41,545 nt of DNA, taken from positions 1 through 41,545 of the forward strand of contig BLSG01000238.1 in assembly GCA_012862495.1 (NCBI GenBank). Direction: 5' to 3'. Each line of letters opens with the position of its first letter. Within the stretch, counting starts at the first letter, position 1. The notes beneath the pieces are model-generated. The model worked only from the letters and a program-made list of their open reading frames with translations. It searched no databases and was not told where the DNA came from. Position numbers and translations under genes: made by a program. Shown one piece after another: positions 19,138 through 30,403 of this stretch. The DNA is from Thraustochytrium aureum (taxonomy: Eukaryota).

Positions 19138-22100
19138 GACTGGCCGTCCCGTACCGAAGGCGGGCCTGCGCCCTTGCCTGCGGGGATGCCGCGCTCGGCC
19201 AAGGTCCCTCTGGGGACGCACCTCTGCACGCTCGAGCTCGTCGCACAAGAGGAGGTGGAAGCGGGCGACGTGCTTGCCGGGGAGGGGGACAGGCGAGATG
19301 CAGCTTTGGGGGACAGGAAACGAGGCAGGGACGGAGGCGAAGGACCCGCAGCGAGGCGATTTAGGATGTTGCGCGAGGCGCGACTTCGTCGCGCGAGACT
19401 TGCCGGCGGCTCGAGCTGCGCGGAAGGCGCCTCTCGAGGGCCGTTCGAAGACGGCTTGGATGTCAACGAGCTCGCGCTGGCATCTGTCACGTCAAGCGGC
19501 GCCCGGTCGTGCTTCGACGCTATCAAACCTATTCCGCCTCCGCCGCTGCGGGCGGTGAGGCCTCTTCTGCCACTCCCTGGAGTCGCTTGCCATAAAATGG
19601 ACAGCGCAGCTGCGACAATCTCGACGCCCAGGGACACCCGCATCGCATCCCGAGATGCGAGCCTATTTGAGCGCCTTTGACGAAGACGAGGGACGGGGAT
19701 TCCTCGACACCAATGACGAAGAGGCTCTACGTCGTGCGTACCTGGACGACCTCGACCCAGACTCGACCCTTTTCAAGTTCGCAGCCGGCCTGTCTGGCCG
19801 TGAAGCCGCAGAGCCACTGGAACCGGCTGCAGAGGCCGACTCTCGAGGCTGTGCGGCCGGGGACGGGCACCGCAGCCCAGAGCCTGCCGGTATTTTCGGT
19901 CTCACTGGGTTGGACGAAAACACGGACGGACCCCCCGAAGCACGATCCCCTGGAAATCTGCACGACGACCCCGATGCAGCCTCAGTAGTCACGGAAAACT
20001 CGCAACTCATCCTCTGGGACAGAGCCGCGCTGGCGCCTGGCAGAGAAGAGCTCCTAGCTCCAATGCCACCCATGTCAAAGCAAGGAAGAGGCTACGCCAA
20101 AGTACGCAAGATGCAGGAGAGGCACCTCGCGGCACATCGACAGTGTCTGACAATACCGGAGGACTCTGCACCGAGGCTGCACGAGCTGGGGCGCACCCCA
20201 CACCTTGCCGGACACGGCAACTTGCTCGTTCTGGAAATGGAGGCTCTCAAGCAGGTGGTGCTCCGTGAAGAAGCGCTCCAGCTCATGAAAAGCACACACA
20301 GCGACCTATGCGTCGTTATCCATGAGGCTCGAGCGGCGAACGAGGAGCTGGCCAGAGTCGAGGAGGACCTCTCTCAGCACCAAAGGCCCAAGAAGCGGAA
20401 ACGCGACAACCACAAACCGGACGCGAGGAGCCCAGAAAGCAAAGCTAGCGGCCTGAGGAACGCAGTCAAGCAGCAGGCGTCTCGCGCGTCTTTGGCGCTC
20501 TCGCGCGTCGGGTCAACGACTGCAAGCGCTGCCTCCAGCTTGGACCTAGCTCTAGCAAGTGCCGGCAACCAGCTCGTCGACGCCAAGGAGCAAAAGGCCC
20601 TCGAGCTGCGAGCGCTGCTCCGTTCCCGGCACGCCCTGGTAAGGCGCCTTGACGCGCTGCGCGCCAAATGCGCCGACCTCCAGCGCCAGCTCGGGTCTGC
20701 CTTCGAGCTAGTCCGCGCGTCGACGGCAAAAGCAGCGCGCGCTGTCGCGAATTGGCGCACTCGCGTCAACGAGGCTGAGCGAGCGCAAGGCATGCCCGAG
20801 AGCGTTCCCATTTTCGACTTTAGAGGCGCAAACTACATGCTCAAGATGAACTCGGACGTGCTCTTCCTGGCGCCGTTCGAGCAAATCACCGACGCCGAGG
20901 ACCAGGAGCTAGCAGACAACACGAGCGCAGCAGACCTCGTCTCCAAGTGGGTGGGGTTTTCCCCAGAGCTCAATCCGCTGCTCCTCCCCCCGCCGTCGCT
21001 CAACGTCTTAGAACAACTGCAGCGCGAAGTCCATTTCCAGGAGGAGGCTCAGGCCAAGTCGCAGCGCGAGTCAATTGCCAAGCAAATCCGCGAAGGGCTC
21101 CGTGCAGGTCGAAGCGCGCGGGAGATATTCGCCAAGCTCGGTCGCTCTGGGTCTGTTTCAAACCTGAATCGCAATGGGAGCTTGTCTTCTCGGGGCAGCT
21201 CGAGTCTATTGTCGCGCTCGCCAAGCGGCGTGAACTTTTTGGCAAGCCGTCTATCCGCGGTCGAGAGCGGGCTTCAGAGACCGAGCCACGTCGCGGCCGG
21301 GTCGAACTGCTTCGCGAGCAAGGACGACTACATCTCCCACGCGGCGTCCACTGGCGACCATCCCCAAACCGCTCGCCGGTACGACGATGACTGCTTTGGC
21401 ACTTTTGTGACGCCAAGTGAAACCAGCACGAGCGCCGCGGGAGGGACCAACGACGGCGAGCCGCAGCAAGCCGCGCAGGATCCGCGCCAGCAGCTCGGAG
21501 CAGACGAGATCGTGTCGTTTGCAAGCAAGCGCAGCCAGGCGTTGGTGCTCAAGGCTTCGCCAGCCAGCGCAGCAAGGCACTTTGACCTCTCTTTAGCGCC
21601 GATGTCAAACTTGGTCGGCGCCGTCTCCAAGGAGGCCCGACAAAGCCTTCGCGACGCGGAGCATCTCATCCTAGGCGAGACTGCGCTCTTAGAAGACTAC
21701 GGAGACCTGATCGACCGAGAACTTGAACGCCAGCGCAAAGCCTACGACCCGATCCAAAGCGTGCAGGAGCGAGGCGGTCTCAAGGTGGTCCTAGCTTGCG
21801 TCGCCGGCGGAAGCGAAGCCTCGACAGCGTTGGCGGTCTTGCGCCGCCGCCAGCAAGAAGGCAACCCAAGCGTTTCTGCACAAGACCCTGCTGGAGGCGG
21901 AGGCGGCATTCCTCTCGCACAGAGCGTCGGCATAGAGCAATGCTGTGATTCCCAGTCTGGCCTGCTGGCCACAAACCAAATGAATACGAGCGTACTCCAC
22001 CGCACCAAGCAAGAGCGGTCTCGTGTCGCCGTGCATTCGACCCGCTTCGCGGCTCGTGGGGGCGCGGCGCTGCGACAGGCCTCCCCAGTTGAGCACGTGC

Positions 22101-23474
22101 GAAGAGTGGCTGAGCGAAGAAGCGAGGCGCTGCGCATTGCGCGCGAGGTGGCCGCGCTGCGCAAACGCGAGCACAGGCTCGGGTCTCTTGTTGATGTCGA
22201 CCGAACCAAGCTTCGGGAGCTGGAGATGAGGGCAGCTGTACTCGAAAGCGGGTTTGAGGTACCTCGGCGCAAGAAGCACCACGGACACGGTCACAAAACA
22301 CCACCAGGAAAGCAGCAGACAGCTGAGGGGCCGTTTCAGCACGAGTTCGACACGATCTTGGGCAGCAACAGTCAAAAGCACTTTGAGATCGTCGAGGACG
22401 ACGGCTTTAGCGACAGTTCGTCTGTCGATAGCGACGAGGCTCGGGCCGCGCGGCAGCGCCTTCGCGCAATCGACATGGACGAGACCAGCGCTGCAGTGCG
22501 CGTCCAGTCGGCGTTCCGAATGCACAGCAGAGTTTTGCAGTTTCCGCGAAAAGCTCGCCAAGCTCGAGTCCGAGGAGCTCAACCTCCAAACCTCGATCGA
22601 GGAGCTGGCCGCCGTGTCAATCCAGACGAGATACCGCGGATTCTCCGCACGCAAGATCGTCCAGCTTCGCGAAGCGACGCGTCTCATGGCGCGCGAGTCC
22701 GAGCGAGAGCAGGAGGAGCGGCGAAGGCAAGAGCTGCTCAAGACGGTGCAAATGAAAGAGCTCATGGAGCGCGGGCGCAAGCGGGATGCAGAGCTGAAAC
22801 GCGAGAGGGAAGAAGCTACCAAGCAACGCGCCATCGAAGCGGCCAAACGCTCCGAGGCCGCCAAAGTGCTATCGCGTCACTTTCGCAACCGATTGGACCA
22901 TGCCAAGGTTTTGGCGCGCAAGTCCAGCGCAGCGGCGGTGCGCATCCAAGCCAATGTGCGGCGGTCGCAGGCGCAGGGGCACCTAGCTCGGCGCATGATG
23001 ACGTCGGTTAAAGAAAGGTCGGCGACCAGCATCCAGGCCATTGCGCGTGGGTTCGTCGTGCGCGTCTTGTATCGCGAGCTCCAGGCCAAGGAAAAGGAAC
23101 GCATTCGCCAAGAGTATTCGCGGAGGCGCGCGCGGGAGCGCTATGCAAAGCTCTACGCCAACCCAACCCGCGGCCGAGGCGCCAGTCTCAGTACCATTGA
23201 CAATCGCCGGCTCAAGACCACAGTGACCACGATACTGCCAGTACTCGGGCTCGCCAAGGGCAAAGGCGCGCCGCAAGCGCCCCCTCATGAAGCAGGAAAG
23301 CGTCTCGAAAGCGTGGCTCGTGACCCGGGCTTTGCGCAAGCCGCGATGCGTGCGCTGTTCTTGCCTGACATTGCTGCACCGCGGGCAGATCCGAGAGGAG
23401 CCACTGAGACAGCAGATCAGGGCCGCCGTGGGCGCCGCGGCCTGCGCAAATCTAGCAGAGAGGCGGCGCGCTAA
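19138..23474 (+). CDS. Large coiled-coil protein with several IQ calmodulin-binding motifs; start uncertain (possibly in the gap); frameshifts near 19660-19680 and 22530-22550
   Basis: Overlapping ORFs in successive frames. IQ motifs AAVRVQSAFRMH, AAVSIQTRYRGFSARK, AAVRIQANVRRSQAQ and SATSIQAIARGFVVR. Confidence 0.72.
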
Positions 23475-23642
23475 GAACCGCTTAGAAAGCTCAAGTAATC
23501 AGTTGTTTGGTGAAACGATGAAGCTATCCCTGACTCGCTCGCTCGGCTCGAACTCACGCGTTTTAGCGATCGAGCTTCGACATATTGCGGCAGGCTGCAC
23601 TTCTTTTCTGCAGGTCTTGCCCGTCTCTGCAGGCAAGCGAGC

Positions 23643-26382
23643 CTACACCGCATCCCCCAAGTCGTCCTCGTCCCCGAATAGGTCAAGCGGAGCCGCCGTT
23701 GGCGGCGCGCTCAGTTTGGGCACAGCAACCGGCGCCGAGATCGGGGCCGCCGGGAGCGGACGCGCGCTAGTCGTGGGCGAGATAAGCTCTGCCTCGTCAT
23801 GCTCGCTGGCCGCCTCGTCGCCCATCCCGTCTTCGTCGTCGAAATCAAAGTCTTCCCCGTGCTTGGCGAACTCATCATCGTCTCCAAAGTCGCCGTCCTC
23901 AAAGTCCATAGCGTTGACCGTTTGAAAGTCGCCCTCACGGCCGCGGTTGCGAAGCGAGGCAATGAGCTCCGAGCGCGCTTCGGCGCTTGTTACAAGGCGG
24001 CGCAGCAAGTCCCAGCACGAAGTCGCATCGTCCCCAAAGTTGCGCGTCCACAACCCCTCGTAGCGCGCAGCGCTGGAGGAGGCCCCTTTCTGGGACTGGT
24101 AAACCATAGCGCCGACGAGGCCAACGATGACGAGCAGCACGACCCAGCCGGACGAGGAGACGCCGAACCACCCGTGCGTGCACTTGTACGTTGTTGGGCC
24201 CAGGTCCTTGCCGCCCGCGCATGTGTTACCGCCAACCTTGCGATATCCGTTGCTCAGCGCGTATTCGCCCGACGGCGGGCAGCTCTTTGGCGGCGCGAGC
24301 GTGACGTTGGGGACTGCGAGGTCGCGGACGCAGGGCCCGCGCGCGACCTCTCGTTTGTACCCGAAATCGCACTCGTAGTCGAGCTCGGTGCACTCGCAAA
24401 TTTGAACAAAGCGCGCTGCCTCGAACAAGCGCGGGTTGAAGCAAGCGGCGTCGCGCTTCCTACGCACGTACTCGGTGACGTGTCCAAGGTGGCACTTGGA
24501 CCCAAACCCGCCCGGGGAGCTCGGCGTATCTCGCGGAGACCACACCTCGTAGTCCGAGTTGGGGCTGCGAGGCATGGACGAACCCGTGCACTCGCGCTCG
24601 TGGAGGCCCTCAAAGTCAACCGTTACAATGACGCCCTGCTCGCCACCGCCAGGGGCCGTCCGGACGCCGTAGATGTGGAAAATGCGGCTTGTGGCGCTTG
24701 GCTCAATGATGATGTTTTCAACGTCGATGGGCGAGCTCGAAAAGGCAATCTCGGTCCAGTCGACGCCCTGCTTCCAGGTGTACAAGAGTTTGTTGGTGGG
24801 CTGCTGGTCGAGGGCCATGACGACGAGGCCGCCGTGGTCGCCGATCTCGTAGATGTGGCTCCCTTTACGCACCTCGTCCCAGTTGAGGCCGCCGTCGCGA
24901 CTCAGGTACGTGCTGAGTTCCCCCGCCCTGTCGCTCAGGTGCGTGCCGACGTTGCCCACGCCCATGACAATGCCCACCGCGTTCTCGGTGGAGTAGACCG
25001 GCGCAAACTTTGACGAGTGCCCATGCAGGTGCAAAGAGCACTGGGCGTCGCTGCAAGCGATACGCTGGCCAGCCGAGTCGGACCGGGGCGCCCGGAGCAG
25101 CGCCCATTCGCCGCCACGGTCGAACGAAATGACAGAGCGCTGGCGTGGGGCGGGGGCGCTTTGCCGCTTTGATTGGGCCGCGCCGACGGACTCGCTGTGC
25201 AGGGCTTCGATCTCCTCCACGTTTGCGACGTAGTTGGCGACGTAGACCACCCTCCACGGAGAGCACCTTGTCAAAGTCGCACTTGCCGCTGGCGTCCCGC
25301 GCGTTGTCGCGCAGGGAGAAGGTGTAGTTCATCCCGGTGCTGTCAGAAACGTACACGTGGCCGTACGATGAGCGGTCTCCCAGGTGGTTGACGTGCAGGA
25401 ACACCACCCCTTCCGTCGCGTCGAGCACCGTGTACGAGTGCTCGGTGAGTTGGAACGGCATTGTCCCGCTGTAGAACGTTTTAAGCCCGTCCGAGCTCAA
25501 CTGCAGCTTCACCTCCGTGCTGCCATCGTTCACGACCTGGGCGACAAAGAGAAAGCTTTTGGTGAACAGGAACCGGTTGCCGCCTTTGACGAGGACGCGC
25601 TCCCGGTCCCCGGTGGTGGTAAACTCCTTCAGGTCGACGCCGGCGTCCCAGAACCCAAAGCGCTGATTTCCTTGCGTGTTGCTGCGAACGGAAACCAGGA
25701 CCATGCCAGGCTCCAGCAATTCGTCGATGCTTGCGGCTGGGGCGGCCTTGTCGCTTAGCTTGGCGGCCCAGTCGAACTGCACGATGTACTTTTCGAGGCG
25801 CTTGAACGTGCGCCCTCCGTCGAGGGTCACGTAGAGCGCCTTGTAGCAAGCGGGCTTGCCGTCGCTGCCGTTGCCGTCGTCCAGGTCGTTCTCGCTCGAG
25901 AACTTTTCGGCCGCAACCACGGGGCAGCTCTTCGAGTAAGAGCTGAGCAGTAACCACTCTGGGTTTCGCGGGTGCATGACCATCTCCAAAACCGGGCCTG
26001 GGGAGCGAAAAGCCCGGAACGTGATGCCGCTGTCGGTGCTCAGGAAGTGCACCGTGCCGCGGCTCACAAGCAGAACGGCTTCCGGGGTGGACTCGTGAAC
26101 TACCAAATCCTTGATCTCCGAGTCAAAGAGCACCTGGGGGGTCATCAAGCCTTCGAGGTGCCCTTTCAGGCTCTCAAACTCTCGCCCCCCGTTCCGCGAC
26201 CGGTGGATCTCTGACTCTCCCGACAGGACAAACACCGTCTCCTTTGTCCTCCCAGCCCACTGAATATCTTCCACCTCCCCATGAAACCCGTACTCGTACG
26301 TCATAATCGACCCAGCCCTGGCATTCTGCACAGCCACCACAGCGGCAGCCAGCAGGCCGACCACCGTCGCGATCCGCCGCAT
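23643..26382 (-). CDS. VPS10: VPS10/sortilin-family vacuolar/lysosomal sorting receptor (about 910 aa); one frameshift near 25248
   Basis: Signal peptide MRRIATVVGLLAAAVVAVQNARA. Asp-box repeats (SRNGGREF, STDSGITF, TLDGGRTF, SFDRGGEW, SRDGGLNW), CSLHLHG, AVGIVMGVGNVG.HL, IGDHGGLVV, 10CC module (CHLGHVTEYVRRKRDAACF, CECTELDYECDFGY, GYRKVGGNTCAGG), one TM helix and an acidic tail. Confidence 0.95.
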
Positions 26383-27207
26383 TCTGCAAGCGCCGTAATC
26401 CGAAGCGAGCGCGGTCTGCCGGGTCGTTCGAGCACCTTCGCCCAGGCGTCCCACACGAGAGCGCGCCCACCACGACCACCACCACCACCAGCCCCACAAC
26501 AACACGAGCAGCCGCAGGACCAGGAGCAACCCCACGGCCAGCAGCAGCGAACGGAAGCCTCCTCTGCGCGAGCCCGACCTGCCCGGCGTCGCCTCTCGCG
26601 TTCGTTGGGTGTCTGCCTGCCTGGATGCCTGTCTGCCTGTACGAGTGTCAGCTCCACCTCCGACGCAACGGAACAAAACGAGCGCTTCCCCGGCGATCTC
26701 TTCCTTTTCTCGCGCGTCACTGCAAGTACCCAGGATGACGCGTTTTGCGGGTGACCTTTCGTCATACTGGGCTAGGAATGACGTGCGAAGACGGGCGCAA
26801 GAGCTCGCGGGGCGCGAAACATAGGGGGGCGCGTGACGTGGTTTGGGGTCGTGGAGGAGGAGGCGCCGTTGGCGTGGTGGAGGCAGGACCCTAACGCGAG
26901 CGAGCGCGGCGCTNNNNNNNNNNNNNNNNNNNNNNNNNNNNNNNNNNNNNNNNNNNNNNNNNNNNNNNNNNNNNNNNNNNNNNNNNNNNNNNNNNNNNNN
27001 NNNNNNNNNNNNNNNNNNNNNNNNNNNNNNNNNNNNNNNNNNNNNNNNNNNNNNNNNNNNNNNNNNNNNNNNNNNNNNNNNNNNNNNNNNNNNNNNNNNN
27101 NNNNGGGGGCTGGGGCTGGGGCGGACGCGGCGGGAGGCACGGGTGCATTTGCTTGCGGGTCCTTGCGGCGCGCTGCAAGTCGACGCAGGCTGAAGTGAGC
27201 CGGCAGG

Positions 27208-30099
27208 ATGGCTTTTGAGGGGTTCACGCTGGGGACAATTATTGTGTTGGCCATTTTTATCAGCGTGCCGCTCGTGTTCTTCACGTGGCTCTCGCGGCGG
27301 CTGTGCTGCGATAAGCAGCTCAAACACATTTTCCAGCAGAGCAAGGATGAGCTAGCGGGCCGTTCGACGAGCAGCGCTCGGCCGAAAATCGCGGCGCCGC
27401 CAAAGGTGCTGATGACGTTCCGGTCGGTGCGGTACGCGGTGCCTCTGCCGGATGGAACGGAAAAACAGATCCTCAAGGGCGTCTCGGCCTACTTTAAGCC
27501 TGGAACGCTCACGGCAGTCATGGGGCCGTCCGGGTGCGGCAAGTCGACCTTGCTCGACGTCCTGGCAGACCAGAAGGAGTTTGGCACGATCGCCGGCGAG
27601 ATTCGCATCAACGGAAAGTTTCGGAGCGCCCTGTTCAGGCGCGCCTCGGCCTACGTGCTGCAGTTTGACGTCCTTTACCCGCAGCTGACGCCGCGCGAGA
27701 CCCTCTTCTTCGTGACGGAGCTGCGGTTGGGCGAGACTGTGAGTACCGAGGAGAAGTACCAACGGGTGCTCGATGTGCTCGAGGACCTCGACCTCATGCA
27801 CGTCGCAGATACGCGCATTGGCGCTGGCGAGTCGGGTGGCGGCCTGAGCGGCGGACAAAAGCGCCGCGTGACGGTAAGTTTGGAGACGAGGAGCAAGCGT
27901 TCGTGCTCGCGTTGGTTGGCACGCAGACCAGCCGCCGTTTGGGAAATCTCGCGCTAACGCGGATGTCTCGGACGACTCTTTTTCTCCTTCGGTGGACAGG
28001 TCGCTATTGAACTGGTGACGGGCCCTGGGCTGATCTTGCTCGACGAGCCCACCTCGGGACTGGACTCGTTCGGGTCGCTCAAGCTCGTGAGCGTGCTTCG
28101 CAAGCTTGGCGACGCTGGCCGAACGATCGCCTGCACGATTCACCAGCCCCGCGCAGACATCTTTAAGATGTTTGACAACCTGCTCTTGCTCAAGCTCGGC
28201 GTCACCATGTACTTTGGGCCTGTGTCGCAAATCTTCCCGTACTTTGAAGGACTTGGCATCAAGGTGGACTACAACGTCAACCCGGCCGACTTTATCGTCG
28301 ACCTCACGCAGGACAAGTCCGAGGAGGAGAAGGAGGAGGAGCGGCGCGTCCTCGAAAGGCTGCGGTTGGCTGCGGCCGAGGGAGTGGCCGACGAAGCAGG
28401 CGCCAACGAGACCAGCAAAGGCGTCGAGGACAAGGTCGCACAGCACGGCAGCGGCGCGCCGAGCACGGCGCCAGGGGCGCAGACTGGCGCGACAGTCGGA
28501 GGCAAGTCAGAGGATGCTGCAGCAAGCGACGCTTCTGCTGCCGTGCCGGCGTCCTCCGACGGAGGAGCCACGAGTGCTGCAAGCGAGGACAAGCTCGCAG
28601 CGGAAGCTGCTTTGGCTGGGCCTGCCGCGTCGTTAGGCAAGCAAGCAAGCGGGCGTCTTGGCCAAGATGGCGGCGAGGGCGGCGCGGAGGGTGCGGACGC
28701 AGTGCCCGCAACAGCACTGAAAGACCCGATCGACCTCGACCTCGACGCGCTCGTTGAGGAGTACGGTCGCAGCGCGATTCGGAAGGAAAGCCACCGCTAC
28801 CTGTTTCAAGTCTCGCGCGGCGTTGCGGATGACGTCCCGCCTCCGCTCGAGGAGCTGTTTGCAGACTCGAAGGACGCAGCCGCCAAGTACCCGACGCCGT
28901 TCCTGAAGCAGACGTTCACGCTCGCCAGGCGGTCGATTGTGAACGATATGCGCAACGGCGCGTATGTCACAGGAAACTGGATCGTCGGGCCCATCATGAT
29001 GCTCTTCTATGGCGCGTTGTACAGCAACGTGCCGTCGCCCCAGCGGCTTGGCACCGCGACTATCAACAACGTGTTGCTCAATCAGGAGGCCTGCAACCTG
29101 AACGACACCAACCTGGCGCTCTACGACCCCGCGCAGAGCGTCCAAACGCTCACCGAGTGCGGCAGCGCACTGAACCAAGACGAGACGCTCTCGTTTGTGC
29201 GCGCCTCGCTCATCTATCAGTTCATGGCTGCGGCCTACTTTAGCGAGGGCCCCTTCGTGGCCCAAGTGTACCTCGACAAGCGGATCTTCTTCCGCGAGCA
29301 CTCGGCGCGGTCCTACTCGAGCGGGGCGTACCATTTTGCCTACATGGTGCGCATGTTCTTTTCGGCGTTCGTGAAAGGGCTCATTTTCCCCGTGTTTGGG
29401 TACTTTGCCGCGCAGCTCACCTTGTCGGCTGAGGCGTACTTTTTGTTTTGCATCTTCTTCGGCGCCATGAGCGCCTGCGGTGCCTCCATGGCGCTATTGT
29501 GTTCAAGCGCGTTTCCGGGCCTGGAGATCGCGCAGTCGGTGTTTGTGCTGATCAACATCATCGCGCAGAACCTGTCTGGGTACTGGATCGTCCAGTCCTA
29601 CATCGGATGGTGGTTTCGGTGGATGTACTACATCAACTTGTTCAGGTACGGGTTTGAAGGGGCCATCCTGGCCCAAGCTCTGCCCGGATCGGCTGATGTA
29701 GTGATGGCGGGCTCTAAGCTGACCGTCCGCCAGGAGGCCTGGCTGTTCGCCCTGATCGTGATCATTTTCGCCGTTTGCCTGCAGCTGTTTGCGTTTTTGG
29801 CCACGTTCATGACGCACAGGACTTCGATTACGGACAACGAGCAGCTCGTCATGGAGGAGGATGCTGCCTTGGCCGAGACAGAGTTTTCCTCTTCGCGGGA
29901 GGAGTACGATCGGATGCGGGAGTCGTCCGGCTTTGGAGTGTGCGACGAGCAAGGCAAGATGCGCGGGTACCGGCGCGGCGGTCTCGTCGACCGGTACCGC
30001 GACGCTCAAATGTATTCGACGCGCACCGTCGGTGGGCGCAGCCCGGCTGCGCTCAACACGACGCTCGCGCAGAACGGCGGCGTTGTCTACACGCAATGA
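27208..30099 (+). CDS. ABC transporter G family half-transporter (NBD-TMD), 921 aa; exons 27208-27873 and 28000-30099
   Basis: Walker A GPSGCGKST, Q-loop YVLQFD, signature LSGGQKRRVT|VAIEL, Walker B LLDEPTSGLDS, H-loop CTIHQPR, NPADF, and a six-helix TMD with IFFREHSARSYS. GTAAGT...CTAAC...CAG intron at 27874-27999. Confidence 0.95.
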
Positions 30100-30403
30100 C
30101 CTCGCAGTCCGCAAGCAGGTCGCGCCAGGAAACGCATCAGAGTTGTAGTAGAAAGAAAAGCAGCCGCCTCGCGAAGAGCAACCGAAATGCAAAAACAAAT
30201 GGACAGAGCGAAAGGAGCCTGGAGGTCCCGCCAGCAGCTCGCCGCCGCGCCGACGGCGGCTGCGGCGCAAAAGCTTGCACAGCCCCACGCAGTCTGGCAA
30301 GCCAAGCTGCTCCGTCACAAACCCCGAAACTCGACACAACGGCTTGTGCCAGAGGGCGCTCGCTGCGCTGCCACGGCCTGGGCAGCCAGCCCCACAGCGC
30401 TTC

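Noticed and set aside
4024..26382. Functional cluster of endomembrane genes (V-ATPase F, GRIP golgin, VPS10)
   Set aside because: They are interspersed with unrelated genes and belong to a common functional class. There is no evidence of co-regulation from sequence alone.
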